Source: Octopus vulgaris (lineage: Eukaryota). Taken from it: a DNA stretch of 64,000 nt. Location of the stretch: positions 1,674,001 through 1,738,000 of the forward strand of contig OX597815.1 of NCBI GenBank assembly GCA_951406725.2, in the 5' to 3' direction. The notes beneath the pieces were generated by a model. That model was not told the origin of the DNA and ran no database searches. It was given only the letters and a program-made list of their open reading frames with translations. This document shows positions 1 through 14,912 of the stretch, piece after piece; within the stretch, counting starts at the first letter, position 1, and each line of letters opens with the position of its first letter. The position numbers were made by a program, and so were the translations under genes.

Positions 1-3000
1 TGTGTGTGTGTGTGTGTACGCATTATATATATACAAATGTATATAAATTAAATATATATATATATAAATACAGATATATACACTTTGTATATATACATAT
101 TTATATATAGATACAGACACACACACACTCACATATATAAATTAACCCAATAAATATCTGATTCATAATATTTGTTCTCATGATTGTGTGGTGGTGGTGG
201 CGATAATAAAACTCTATGAATGCAGACAGACATACAGAGAGAGAGAGAGAGAGAGAAGGAGGCGGTGAGGGAAAGAGTGATAACGCTGGCGAAGGCGGCG
301 GGGAAAGATAGTCGTATCTGTCAAACGTCGTTATAGAGAGAAAGTGATGGGAAGGGAGGAAAGAGAGAGAGAGAGAGACGGAGGAAGACAAACAGATAAG
401 AGAAGACTTGTCAAAGTGTGCGTTTTTTGCCCTAGTAACCACACCTCTTAAGATAGGGATTTTTAACCTAGCCCACTCATTTTACATGTCCCTGTAAATT
501 TTGGAGTCAATCCAATGGGATCTAGTGGCCTTTAACCCGTTCCAATGTCAAAACGAGACAAACAAACAAACTTTTCGCATTTCAGATTTATAGATATTGA
601 TATATATATATATATTTTATATGTATGTGTGTGAAGCCTAATTGTTTATCTGCATCACTACTGCTCTCTCTCTCTCTCTCTCTATCTATCTATATATATA
701 TCTTCATGTATATGTATACCCATATAAACATAGATACGTGTATGTATGAATACACACACACACACACACACGTATAGAATGAAGAAAGTCACCAAACTGT
801 AGCAGTGCCATGAATTCCTGGTCTTCAATGTTTATGGTGCCAAATGATGGCTTATCTTGGAGGAAATGGCCAAGCAATCATCAACTGCCAATTAAAACCA
901 TTTGTTAAGTGCTCTGACTTCCATTAGTTCTTAAGTGAGATTTGGCTGCAGTTTCTAGCTGGTGCAACAATCGTTGAAGTGATTTGGTGATTGTGGTTGA
1001 GGGGAGATGCTGTAGATTTAGAAGCTGATGTGTGAGCGAAAATGTTAGGGGGTCAAATGAAACATGAGTGAGTGATGCAGAGTACTAATGAGTGATGCAG
1101 AGTACTAATGAGTGATGTAAGAATAGAAAACTGTCCTAGTTCCGACTCTCAATCTCAGATTTCTTCCAAAAATGAGTTTCTAAACTCTTTGTGTTTGTTA
1201 TTGACATTACATCAAATGGGAAATCGTCTCTGTGCAGTGATACAGATTTTATTTAGCAAAATAGAATGTGTTAAAGATGCCATGTTTAAAGGAAATGGGA
1301 TGTAATGAGAGTTATCTCTCTCTATATGCACAAGTGTATGCGTGTGTCTGTGTGACCATCCTTTTAATGACCACTTCTCTATGCTTGCATGGGTCAGGCG
1401 GAGTCTTTTGAGGCAGATTTTCTATGTCCTGCTCTACCTGTTTCCAACTAAGGTGACATTTCTCCAAGGTCAGGCATGGTTTTGAATATTAGAAATGAAT
1501 GACACCGACACCGCTTGATTGACAGTGACACTCATTTACAGCTGTCACATGATGTCAGAACAAGACAACACAAACATGCACGCACTCACACCACACAATA
1601 ATACATATATACAAATACACCCCCCACACACACACACATATACGATGGGCTTCTTTGTTTCCATCTCCCAAATCCACCCACAAGTCTTTGGTCAGCCCGG
1701 GGCTATATTAGAAGACACTTGCCCAAGGTGCCACACAGTGGCACTGAACTTGGAGCCATGTGGTTGGGAAGCAAACTTCTTAGGAGGCAACAACATCCAT
1801 GTCTGCACACACACACACATAAAATAGTGTAAGTGTTGTATATATATGTGTGTGTGTGTGTTGTGTTGTTTTCCTTCTTGTTTGTGCGTTAACAACATGT
1901 TGATGTATTTCATTATTTTTCTCAACAACCAGATACAATAACAACAACCATCATCATCATCATAACAATATTTTTTCTAAAACAATGATAGAAATCTCTC
2001 TCGTGATGTGACTCAAGCAGAACAAAGCTCTGCCAACAGACATTCTGAAACAAACCAACAGGAATATACATCCAGCCTCTTAGTGAAAATTTTACTTAAT
2101 ATTATATAAACACACACACACCCTTAAATGCACCGGAGTTCTAAAAATGCTCCCTAAAATACAAATACAATGGAATTATGTAAAAGGGGTTCGGGTGTTG
2201 TATTCATGATCGCTAAATTGTGGGTTTGATTCCTGGACTGGGTGGTGCATTGTGATTTTGAGCAGCTCAAGGCCACTCAGCCGTCAATGAGTAACCACCC
2301 TGTGGCGGACTGATCAGAGGCAGTGTTGGACCACTCACCTAACCATTGTAGTGGCATCATTCAAAAGCTAAAATGATGCAAAGTGCATTGTGACCAGTGA
2401 TGCATAACAACAGTCTGGTTGATCATGTGATAATGGAATTATACAATTTTTAATAATATTTCATAGGATCAAAAGGTTCAAATTGCAGCTGAAGTGTTTG
2501 GTATTATTTTGAAATTTTGAATCGGGTATCAAAGTGGCTGTGAGTATCTTTGAAGTACCAAAGTACGATTCTGGCAGTATTAGACAAGATTGTTTTCTTT
2601 GGATCTCATCCCCCACTGCCTTCCTCTTGTAGAGTTTATTTATTGGTGGATGGTAATTCACTGCAGACAATCTGTTGTATTGAAAGTTGGTGTTGGTAGA
2701 GAAGCAACAGTTAACGAGTATATAACTAATTTAGTTAAAGCAGTTAACTAGTGTTGATAAGATTGTGGTGGTATTTTGTGCCTTTGAACAAGATTAACCA
2801 TCTTACAAACAATAACTCTGAGCACCTTTTCAAACTCCACCTGTGGACATGTTTACAAAGTCAGAAAACAGCACAGCTCCTTCCATGACTTTCGGAAACA
2901 TTTTTTCATGCTGAGAGTTGCTGAAGCATGGAACAAACTGCCGGCATCAGTTGCTTAGTTGTCAGAGCACTGCATCCTTCAAAACTTCCATGCTTCCTGA

Positions 3001-4677
3001 GATTCGCCAACACTACACCTGATTTTCTCCCCTCCATACACACGCAAGCATGGATCTGACTCATACACTGTTCACTTCCCAGACATTTGTACATTACAGC
3101 ATACACTTTATATGCACTTTCTGACAAGTTGTGGGGCACCTGAGCACTGTACACAATAATTTCATTATTATTATTATAAGATACTGTATTTCTTTTTACT
3201 CCAATCAGTTGGCAAAAATGAATGGTTCCAGATCATCTGGAGCCCTCATCATCATAACTGATGCAATGAAAGGTAGAACTATCTTAGATATAAACGTACT
3301 AAAGAGATAGTGAATCACTTTGTCTTCATAATTAAGAATTTGGTAATTATTTCGGGGTTTGGTTTTGTTTTATAGGTGAGTTTGTTTTTTTCATTTTCTC
3401 GATATTTAAGACTTGAATCTTGCTGAAGGTTTTGTTGAAGTGCTGCCAGGAGGGAATGGGTTACCCATGAAATCTGGTGGGGTAACTTCAGGTCTGAGTT
3501 TGACTTCCAGGTTTTAAAAATATAAAACAACGATGCTGCAGTTCGTGTGTTTAGAATAAACTGAAACTTGTAAAATATATTCACAAAATAAATTTTTGTT
3601 GTATAGTGATAGGTATAGACATTGATTATACACATAAATATATATATGGAGAGAGGGGGAGGTGGGGAGAGAGGGGGAGAAAGAGAGAGATTATATAGAG
3701 CAATGGTTCTCAGCCATGGCTCCCGGGGAGTATGTGTCCCCCAAGTCCCCTCCTGGTGGCTCCCAATGATCTTCCCTTTATAAATGTAAATTTTTCTTCA
3801 ATTGATTTGTGTTTTAGCTTTTTTTGGTGTGCCTCCCCATCCCAATGTCCAAGTTTGGGATCTGGATATTAAAAAGAGTGAGAACTGTCGATATGGACCC
3901 TCAGAAACAGCAAGGGATTCTATTCACAAAGTTGTGTTGTCCCAGACATCCCGACTGATTCTAGACATAAAGGTATAAGAGTGCTTGGTTAAGGAGTTCG
4001 TTTCCTGACCCCTCTGTGTGGAATCTAGGGCAAAGTATCTTTTGCTATAGCCCTATGCTGATCAAAGCTTTGTGAGTGGATTTGTCAGGTGGAGACTGTG
4101 TGGAAGCCTCTCGTGTGTGTGTGTTCTCTTGATGTATTTCAAATGAGCACCATCACCATAAAAATGCTGTTTGTTCATTTCCAGTCTTGCAACAGGGGTA
4201 AATATTATCTTACTTGGTAGCAGGTGAGTGTTGGCAACAGGAAGGGCATCCAGCTGTAGAGAATCTGCCCCAACAAATCCTGTCTGACTTGTGCAAGCAA
4301 CAAAAAGGGATGTTAAATGATGATGATGGCATTTCTAATCAGGTCACTGGAATTATTTTGATTTTTTTCTTCTTTGTTGACCTATTTTATTTAAGTTAAA
4401 TTTTTAATTTGACGAGGCATCGTTATTGTTTAATAAGAGATCAATTTTATTTCGGTAACCCAGGATGGTCTGCCAGCCCTCATCACCCCTTCCAGCCCCT
4501 ATATCTACCAGTACATTGTTTCCTTGCTATTAATTATATGTGAAGGTGCATGGCCAAAGTGGTCAGGGCATGCAGTTCACAATCATAACAATGTGAGTTC
4601 AATTCCTGATGGCATGTTGTGTCCTTGAGCAAGACACTTTATTTCACATTGCTCCAGCTGGCCAAAATGAGTTGTAC

Positions 4678-6190
4678 ATCATCATTAACCTTTAATGCCT
4701 GTTGTCCATGCTGGCATGGGTTGGACGGTTTGACTAGAGCTGGGCAGCTGCACCAGGTCCCAGTTTGATTTCTATGGCTGGATGCCCTTCCTGATGTCAA
4801 AGGCTTTACAAAATGTGCTGAGTGCTTTTAACACGGCACCAGCACAAGTGTTTTTTATGTGTCACTGGCACAGGGCTATTACAGGCCAATCCTTCTGCCA
4901 TGGACGACAAGCCTTCTTGAGTGCAGCTAGGCACCAGATATCTTGGTCCTTTGTCAGGTCCTCTTAGAGGTTCAGTATTCTGAGGTTGTCCAGTACTTTG
5001 TCCCTTGTCTCTGGGGGTCTTCCTCTTCCACAAACTCCATCCACTTTGAGTGAGTGGCACTTCTTTATGGAAATGTTGGCATCTATCCGCATCACACAAC
5101 CAAACCAGTGCAGTCTTCTCTCTTGCATCTCATTCCTCTTACACTTCTCTCTCAATATACTAACATTCTGTCTTGCACATTTACACTAACATTGCACATC
5201 CAGTGGAGCACATCTAGCCTTCACATCTAATCCTCTGCATCCAGGGCCCACATCTCACTACCATGCAGAATTGCTGTTCATATGCGTGCATCGTACAATC
5301 TTCCTTTCATTCGGAGAGAGAGAACTTTGGTTGCTAACAAAGATAAAAAAAACTCTCTGAATTCTCTCCATCCTATTCTTATTCTAGCTATTACACTCTC
5401 TGTGCATCCTCCCCCACAGCTAATTAGGTTCCCTAGGTAGCAGAAATTGTCCATTACCTCTGAAGAGCCTCTGGGGCATTTGAGAAAATCAGTTTCCCCA
5501 AGTATCTGCAGTTTTTTTTAGGGATCCTGTGCATCTTCCTCATACAAAAACTCCTTTCCCTGATAACCTTCATATTATTCAACTGCACCACTTGTGTGTC
5601 TATAGGGTACACCATATGAAATTCTTGCTTACAATGAATTGAGCAGGGCCACTTACCGGAACAGGGTAGGGGCCTGTTTTGATTTCATGCTTATTAAAAC
5701 CTTACGCATTGCTAAGTTAATCTTAAGGCCATTAGATTCCAGGTTTTGCTTCCACACCTGGAATTTCTTTTCTAGCTCTCATATAGAATCTGCTATGAGG
5801 ACAAGGTCATCAGCATATAGTAGTCCCCAGGGCCTTCCAGTCTTGAGGTTCTCTGTTATGGCCTGGAGGACAGTGATGAAAAGTAGGGGACTCAGGACTG
5901 AGCCTTGATGAACACTCTCATCTACTCCTAGCCTCCTCAGAGCCCTCCATATCACACTGTTGGGGTACTCTATCGAAGGCTTTCTCTCTAATTTCCACCA
6001 CCCGGTCCAGGAGTTTGGTGCCTCTACAACTGCATCACCCTTACCCTTGTAGCAGCTAACAATTATGCTGCCATTGATTAGTCTCTGGCTATTGATTAGT
6101 CTGTATTCTACCTTTCCAGATATTTTGAGCATCCCAGCAGTGACTCCCGGTGGACCTGGGGCTTTCCCTATTTCCATATCTTTAATTACC
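4678..6190 (-). mobile_element. Degenerate RTE-clade LINE (second family) with 3' tail
   Basis: KAPGP, VHQGSVLSPLLFITVLQAIT and LLYADDLVL, then QERRLHWFG and GRGRP; frameshifted; ends in a ccagcatgg...(gat)n-type tail. Confidence 0.85.
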
Positions 6191-6808
6191 TTTGTGTACC
6201 TTATCATAACTGTACTTCAAAGGGTCAGCTTTGTCCCATTCTGTGCCATGCTGAATCTCTTTGAGAACTACATTAAGGGTATGCATGTCTGTGGAGTGCT
6301 CAGCCACTTGTACAAGAATTTTGATGATCGGATGAACTGGAACCCTCATCGTCAGAACTGCCAGTTATACAATTTTATATAATTTCTATTGGTCAACTTG
6401 TGGCTGCAGAGGACACTTAACCTAAAGTGCCATGGTGTGAGGTTGAACTCCTGACCACTTGGTTAGAAAACAAACTTTAGAGCCACACTGCCATCACTAT
6501 ATTAATTATCATAATTTAAATTTCATTTCTGTTCTGTTCATTATTTAAACAAGACTTCATTTTCTTTTATCTTTTACTTGTTTTAGGCATTGGACTGTGG
6601 CCATGCTGGGGCACAGCCTTGAAGGGGTTTCAGTCTATTGAATTGACCCCAGGACTTTTCTTGAAGTTTGGCACTTATTTCTATTGGTCACTTTTGCTGA
6701 ACTGCTAAATTACAGGGATGTAAACACACCAACACTGGTTGTCGAGTGGTGTTGGAGGACAAACAGATACAAAGACAGACACACAAATACATATATGTAT
6801 ATATATAA

Positions 6809-7142
6809 AGGCACATGGCTCAGTGGTTAGAGTGTCGAGCTTATGGCTGTGAGGTTGTGAGTTTGAATCCCGGACTGGGCTGTGTGTTGTGTTCTTGAGC
6901 AAGACACTTAATTTCACGTTGCTCCAGTTCACTCAGCTGTAGAAATGAGTTGTGATGTCACAGGTGCCAAGCTGTATCGGCCCCTTTGACTTTCCCTTGG
7001 ATAACATCGGTGGCATGGAGAGGGGAGGCCGGTATGCATGGGCGACTGCTGGTCTTCCTTAAACAGCCTTGCTCGGACTTGTGCCTGGGAGGGTAACTTC
7101 CTAGGTGCAATCCCATGGTCAATCATGACCAAAGGGGGTCTC
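6809..7142 (+). mobile_element. tRNA-derived SINE
   Basis: A box tggctcagtgg, B box gagtttgaatcc, central cttgagcaagacactt domain. Confidence 0.75.
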
Positions 7143-7179
7143 TTCTTTATATATATATATTTACTGTATCTCTAATTTA

Positions 7180-7234
<55 letters not shown>

Positions 7235-9049
7235 TGCACAAAATGGGCTTCTTTCAGTTTCAATCTACCAAATCCACTCACAAGGCTTTGGTCAGCCTAA
7301 GGCTATAGCAGAAGACACTTGCCCAAGGTGTCACCACAGAGTAGGACTGAACCCAGGACCCTGTGCCACACAACCACGTTTGTGCCTGTTAATTTAGCAT
7401 ATTTTTCTAAGAGGTTTCGTTGTTGATGGTGAAAGTTGTCTGTTCATGGTGGCAAGATGGAAAAACTGTAAGGGTTTCATTTGTTAACACAGCTGAATGT
7501 TTTCAACAGAGATAACCAACTTAACTGGGACACTGTGCTGACCTACCATACCTTCACAACGTTAAAATACAAGGGGGGAGGGTCTCCATGTGACCTTTTG
7601 ATCTACTAGAAATAGCAACTGAATTATGCTCATATTACATCCTGTTTTTGTACAAAGGGGGAAAAACACTGGATAAGGAAGTCCCTAAAATGCAGATGGT
7701 ATGGATACGGCTGTTGTCTGTTGATCACAGGACTCCTTATCGGGGTTGACCTGGGGTTAAACAGCAGTAACAAACAATATTATGGTAACATGAACCAGAA
7801 AGGAAGGGAGAGAGTGAGAAGAAGGGGTCCCTCTATGTGGTCACACAAACTACTAGAAAATGTGGCTAAATCTCATTGAAATTACACATCTCATCATCTT
7901 GAAAAGGAAGAACATATTGGCAAGTTCTGAAACACAATAGCCGAGAGTAGGATGAGGTGGTCATAGTTGGAACATCTTTGATTGTAAGTCTTATGAATCA
8001 GAACAGGAATGACCTAGGGCTAAACAACCCCAAACTAACTCTGTACTATGCATTAGGTAATGTAGTCCTTGATAGACTTTGCCAGAATAAAAGATGGGAT
8101 GGTCTCACAGCTAGGACCTGTTTGATCATGGGTCTGCTAGATCAAGACTGACCTGGGGCTAAACAGCAATAGCTGCTTCTGTTAATTACTAAACACTATA
8201 CATTAGAAAATGTAGTCCTTGATACACTGTGCCTGAATCAAAGACTGGGTGGTCGTGGTTTCATTAATCAACTCATTAATCCACCATCAATAATTTGAGA
8301 GATTGTGTCTGTGACAAACTGCACCAACACAATTAAGACTCTTAAGGGTTTGAAGTTTTGAGATTTATGACCAGTCATATATTTAAGATCAACCCCAATA
8401 TATGACATGTACTTGTGGGGGTGCTGAAGGATGCAAAGTAAGTCTGACCTAGACAGGATTTGAAACCAGAACATAAAGAATCACAGTATCAGTTCAATAT
8501 TAAACATAAAAGTTTGAATTGTTTTTTTACATTTTTGAGATAATTTCTTGTTTGTGTTCTGGTGGCTGAGTGCACAAATGTGTCTGACCCCTTTTTTCCC
8601 CTCTAAAAGCATAGGCTGGAGTTCAAACTTGACATGATTGTAGAATTAGTTTTATTGGTCCACTTCACTCAATACTGTTAGGTACTTTACAGAATAATTA
8701 TTATTATTATTATTCCAAGTCAGGTAGATCTAAATTCGAAAAAAGAGGGGATTAGTTAATTAAATATTACTTTATTTCATTGACCCCCCCCCCAGAAGAA
8801 TGAAAGGCTAAGCTGGGCTTGGCAGGACTTGAACCCAGGATATAAATGGAAATCAACCCACCACTCTACTGACTTTGCCATGAAAGTGCATGGCCTTGTG
8901 GTTAGGCTTATGATCATTAAGGTTGTGAGATCAATTCCTGAATCAGGTAGCATGTTGTGTTCTGGAGCATTTCACATTCTCCCCTCATATATTACTAAAG
9001 TCACAGAAAACCATGAACACTACCACATCAAATAGCTTTTATATAAGAT

Positions 9050-10195
9050 TTAAATATATCATTTTCAAACTAGCTATTGCTGTTGTCTCAATGGTCTTGT
9101 GGGTAAAGACATGGACACAGCAACACACAGACCTCTTTAACAAAGGTTCAATCTTAGCCTGAGGCTCTTTGTAAAAGTTTTTTTTTTGCTCTCCTTCTCC
9201 ATTTACAGAAAAAAATAAAACTAAATGAGATATCACATCACAATCCCTACCTGAGACTGAAACCTCCATCTACCCCACTGCCTTGTTTGTAACCAACCCC
9301 CCTTATCCACTAGGCCATACGGCCAGTAATACTACTTATACAAAATATGAGATATTTAAATCTATTCTAATGATTGGTTATATTTTATATTAATCTGATA
9401 AGTTTAAATATATTATTTTCACATTAGTTATTGCTGTTGTCTCAATGGTCTTGTGGGTAAAGCCATGGACACAGCAACACACAGACCTCTTTAACAAAGG
9501 TTCAATCTTGGCCTGAGGCTCTTTGTAAAAGTTTTTTTTTTCCCCCCTTCTCCATTTACAGAAAAAAATTAAAACTAAATATCACTTCACAATCCCTACC
9601 TGAGACTGAAACCTCCATCTACCCCACTGCCTTGTTTGTAACCAACCCCCCTTATCCACTAGGCCATACGGCCAGTAATACTACTTATACAAAATATGAG
9701 ATATTTAAATCTATTCTAGTGATTAGTCATTGACTACATTAGTCTGATAGATTCAAATATATCATTTTCAAACTAGTTATTGCTGTTGCCTCAATGGTCT
9801 TGTGGGTAGAGACATGGACACAGCAACACACAGACTTCTTTAACAAAGGTTCAATCTTAGCCTGAGGCTCCTTGTAAAAGGTTTTTTTTTAACACTATTC
9901 TAATGATTGGTTATTGATTACATTAGTCTGATAGGTTTAAAATATATCATTTTTAAAACAACTTTTCGTTATGTCGGTGATATTTTTGGGTAGACACAAG
10001 AGCAGCACTATAGAAACATCCTGGGATAGGGGTTCCATCTTACCCCAGGGCACCACTGAGATGGGGTGTAATACGTTATTTTCCCCCCTCCATTTTGGGT
10101 CAAATAAAAAAAATAAAAGTATTTCATAAGATTTGTGGTTGAGCGAATCCCTTACCTAAATGTATGTCACTGTTTGTAAATACCTTTATCCACCA
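9050..10195. repeat. Tandem repeat, ~350-bp unit about 2.4 times plus a diverged related copy
   Basis: ttgctgttg(t/c)ctcaatgg at 9077, 9431 and 9780; diverged copy at about 9895-10195. Confidence 0.85.
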
Positions 10196-11040
10196 AAGAA
10201 GCAACAATTCTTCATTCTAAAATGTGATATTATAACCCTTTGATTATAAAATTAAATTTCATGGTTGTCATTATTCCAATAATGGCATTAAATGTTTACA
10301 AAAAGAGAGAGAAAATAGAATTTGTATTTTCTGCAAGTCGTATTGCCTCAATGAACTTGGCATTTCTCAGTACAAGATAGCTTCAAACATGAAATTCCTC
10401 AACAAAGGATGGACTGGAATTTGAAACTGCTTCCCAGAATTAAGGGTAGTGAGATTTGAAGTGGAATATATATCTGATTTCTGCAGTAACAGGATTAACA
10501 TATTTTCATCATTGTCTGTTACATACAGAAATGTGGGGGTGGAGAGGGCAAAGGGGAGATTTTTCTATTTCTAGCATGACAAACAACCACTTTCAGTTTA
10601 TATATCTATATTAATTTCATTCGATGAACACAGGAGTTCAGTGTAAGCAATTAAGCAATTACAAGTTTCATGTTCCAGTGGAACAGTAATCAGTTGAACT
10701 TGTATAACATGTCCAACCTTGAACTTTCGGAGCAGGAAACTGTACTGAAGCTGCTCACATTTAAATTTTCTTGTAATATCCTTTATTAAGAAAAATTCCT
10801 TGATTCTTTGAAGATGGAATAGTTGGCTTATATGGAAATGTTTGCTCAATAACCTATACACCATCTGCACAGTTATTCCTGAAACAGCTGTAAAGAGACT
10901 TTATGCATTACTTAACGACTCTGCAATTAGGTTTGTATCATAAATAACATGCTCTAAAGTGATACCGTATGTTTCTTCATTAAATAGCATTTATCTCTTG
11001 CTGGATAATAACAAGAGAATAATATACGGTGTGTGTGTAC

Positions 11041-11069
<29 letters not shown>

Positions 11070-11072
<3 letters not shown>

Positions 11073-12232
11073 CATCTTCTTGTTCTCGCTGCTGCTCTCA
11101 CATGCCTTTCAGACATCAGATGATGGAATGTTTCTGCACAGTAGAAGTGATGGGAAACTGTTCAATCTCTCGCACCTGCATGCCAAGACAAAATCAGAAG
11201 CGTCCTGATCAAGGAGATGCTATTTGCTGATGATGCCGCTCTGGTATCACACACAGAAGAAGCCCTACAAAGGCTCATCAACTGTTTTGAGCAAGCATGT
11301 AATGACTTTGGCTTAGTTATCAGCCTCAAGAAGACCAACATCATGGGTCAGGCTACACCGGACATCCCAAACATACATATTGGAGACCACAGATTACAGG
11401 AGGTGGAGAAGTTTACCTATCTTGGCTCTACCGTCACCTACAACCTATCCCTTGACGCTGAGCTCAATATACACATTGGCAAGGCAGCTGCTGTGATTGC
11501 CCAACTCTCCAAACGGGCATGGGACAACAATAAGCTGACCAAGACCACGAAAATGAAGATCTACCAGGCATGTGTACTTAGCACTCTACTGTATGGAAGT
11601 GAGACTTGGACGCCATACACACGCCAAGAGCGTCACCTAAATATCTTTCACCTGCGCTGCCTCTGGAAAATTCTTGGCATCAAATGGCAGAATCATGTCC
11701 CCAACAAAGATGTCCTCAAGCAAGCAGGAATACCAAGCATGTTTGCACTCCTCACACAAAGACGTATGAGATGGGTTGGACATGTTAGCCATATGGAAGA
11801 TGGCAGAATCCCCAAGGACATACTCTATGGAGAGCTTGCTAGGGGCACTAGGTCTGTGGGAAGACCGTTCTTACGATACAAGGATGTTTGCAAAAGGGAC
11901 ATGAAGGCCTGCAACATCAATATTACCAACTGGGAAGCAGTTGCCAGCAACCATGGAGATTTTCGTCGTACCGTAAAAGAGGGAACACAAAGGAGTGACA
12001 TAGAGGGAGAGGAGAAATGGAAAGACAAGAAAAGATGTCAACAAGAAAGTATGACATTACAACCAGCCAGGCAAAGTCTTCGCTACATTTGCGGCACCTG
12101 CCAGAGGGAGTGTTTGTCCAGGATAGGACTACACAGCCACAGCAGGAAATGTATTATGACATGAAATGTAAAAGCTGGACTAGAATATTTTATGCGCAAC
12201 TCCATTGTCTCCCGAGACAAAAAGGATGCCAA
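11070..12232 (+). mobile_element. 5'-truncated RTE-clade (BovB-like) LINE: RT C-terminal part and 3' UTR
   Basis: ORF 11217-12164 with LFADDAAL, KFTYLGS, LLYGSETW, RW.GHV and a C-terminal CxxC..H..H; upstream DGKLFNL in another frame; flanked by (TA)n. Confidence 0.92.
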
Positions 12233-14912
12233 AAATATATATATATATATATATATATATACACGCACACACAGACATGTTTGTAAAATAATAAGAATGA
12301 CTTATCTGATTGTTATTATTTTCCTTTTAATGAACAAATCTTTACAAATTGTAACTCTATTTTTTAAGTGACCAATTTTTTTTTTCAAAACACTGATCAA
12401 AGATGGAGAGTTTCCTGCTTAAAGCACTCTTCAGACTGGTCTGTTCTCATATCAGAGTTTCTTTTAATAATAAGATCTGGTATTTATCTGGGAGAATGAG
12501 GAAGAGGGTTACACAAAAGTGTGTGTGTGTAGGGGGAGAGATGAGTTGACACTGAAAAATCATATAAAAAAAACAAAAAAATAAATAATAAAATAAACAA
12601 AAATTTCAAGAAGTCTGGGAGTGGTTAAGGTCAGGGTGTGGTGGAGGGATAGAAAATTGAAAGGGGAACTGGACTTTGTTTTTACACACACACATTTGTA
12701 CACGTACATACGAACATAAATACTTATTTGGAGAATGTTATAGTGATTAGAGGAAGATAGTGACTGGGGTGGGTTCACATGGGAGAAATCAACATGTTTT
12801 AGATATCACAAATATGTATATCACATGTAACCTATATCCTTAAATCCAAATCTTCAGAATCTCCTCCAGAGCAAGACACCTGCTCCTGTCCCTTTTTCCT
12901 AATTTAGTTCTCTCTACACCTGGCACAAAGTCACCTACCACAACACTCCCAATCACTTGAGGGGGCCTTGCGAGGCACTTGGTGACCTCACTAGTGCTGG
13001 TGCCACATAAAAAGCACCCAGCTACTCTCTGTAAAGAGGCTGATGTTAGGAAGGGCACCCAACTGTAGAAACCACGCCAAATCAGGCATTGGAGACCAAC
13101 AAAGCCGTTTGCCCTTGTGAGATCCTGTCAAACCATCCAACCAATGCCAGAAGGGAAGACAGACGTTAGATGATGATAACTTCCATACGTACTTAGATGA
13201 ATAGGTACATACATGCATTCACACATTACGTATCCACAGGAAATGACGAAGACCGAGACCTCTGAAATATGCTGTGACTGTGAAGACCCGACAAATGAAG
13301 TGAGTCCATGGATCGCAGGACGGCCTGCTGTGCTAACCTTGGATCATAGAGTGACCCGCTGTTATTGAGGAACCCTATTGAATCAAGTACGTCAACACCA
13401 ACATCAAAATGAAAATCAAATGTCAATTGTAGTTAAGATACCCGTGCTGGTGACGTAAAAACACCTTCCAAACATGGCTAATTTCAATGCCACCTGACCG
13501 GCGTCCATGTTGGTGACACGTAAAAGCACCAACCGATTGTGGCCGTTTGCCAGCCTCCTCTGGCCCCTATGCCAGTGGCACGTAAAAAGCACCCACTACA
13601 CTCACGGAGTGGTTGACATAAGGAAGGGCATCCAGCTGTAGAAACACTGCCAGATCAGACTGGAGCCTGGTGCAGCCTCCTGGCTTCCCAGACCCCGGTC
13701 GAACCGTCCAACCCATGCTAGCATGGAAAACGGATGTTAAACGATGATGATGATGATATACTGCACACATACATAGCAGTTCCTGTGTGTGTATGGACAC
13801 ACATTTTACTTGTTGAAGGTTTTTCATTCAACTTCTGCCATCAGTACATTCCTGTCAATTTGTACTTTTACTATAAAATAATACATTTACCATTGACTGT
13901 GTTGTGGCCTTCATCAAATTCTACAACTACACTACACATACCAATGTATGCAGAATTATTCCAGGATCTTTTTAGAAACAAGGGAAAAAAGTTTAATTAA
14001 CCAAAGATATAGGGGTTCAAGTTACCAGTGTGAGTTGGAATTTCACAAGTGCCACCTTGGGGTTATCTGAGGAAGAGCAACGTCAACTTTCACAAGGTAC
14101 AATTCTTCATTTTACTTTTCTGATCCTCAGAAATCCTGCAATTGTATTTTGTGTCAGATCTACACAAAAACTACGGATATAACTGGTACCTAAAGGTAAA
14201 CGACTGGTTTATACAATTTAGGGCCCCCCACCAGAAGAGGGATTTAAGGGCTGATGTCTGAATGGACCCAGAGAGAAAATCATAGAATTATGGCCTAATT
14301 TAGGCACAAGTCCAGCAATCATGTGGTTAGCAGTAGGGGGGGGGGATGTTCTGTTGATACAAATTAACCCCAAGGACTTGGCAGTTATTTTAACTTTGGA
14401 GGAACAAAAGGTAACGTTGACCTTGGTAGGATTTGAACTCAGAATGTGGAAAGTCAAAAGAAATACCACTGAACATTCTGTCCGCCACAATGGTGACTCT
14501 GCCAGCTCACTGCCTGAACAACAGCAACAAAAATGGTTTCAAAGTTTAGCATCTGACGAGCAATTTTGAGGGGAGGGGGCAAGTTATATACATCAACTCC
14601 CCCCAGCACTTGACTGCTGCTGTATATTACTGACCCTGAAAAGATGAAAAGGAAAAAGTGAACTTCAGCAGGATTTGAACTCAGAATGAACAGAGTCAGA
14701 AGAAATGCTGCTCAGCATTTTGTCTGATGCATTAATGACTCTGCCAGCTCAATGCTTGCATAATGATAATAATAATAATGATAAGGGTTGGAATAATCCT
14801 TCCCACTATAGGCACAAGGGGGAGGGGGCCTGATGATGACCTTGGAGGGGATGAAAGGCAAAGTTGACGTCAGCAGGATTTGAACTCAGGATATAAGAAG
14901 CCACAATAAATA

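Noticed and set aside
6809-6890. tRNA genes at SINE heads (also 43461-43535)
   Set aside because: No complete cloverleaf, and they continue into SINE bodies.
12405-12441. Minus-strand CTGAAGA-g-tgc tttaa gca-g-GAAAc hammerhead-like core; also gaaac-agct-gta at about 10881
   Set aside because: The first lacks the NUH triplet and stem I partner; the second lacks CUGANGA. At most they are decayed remnants.
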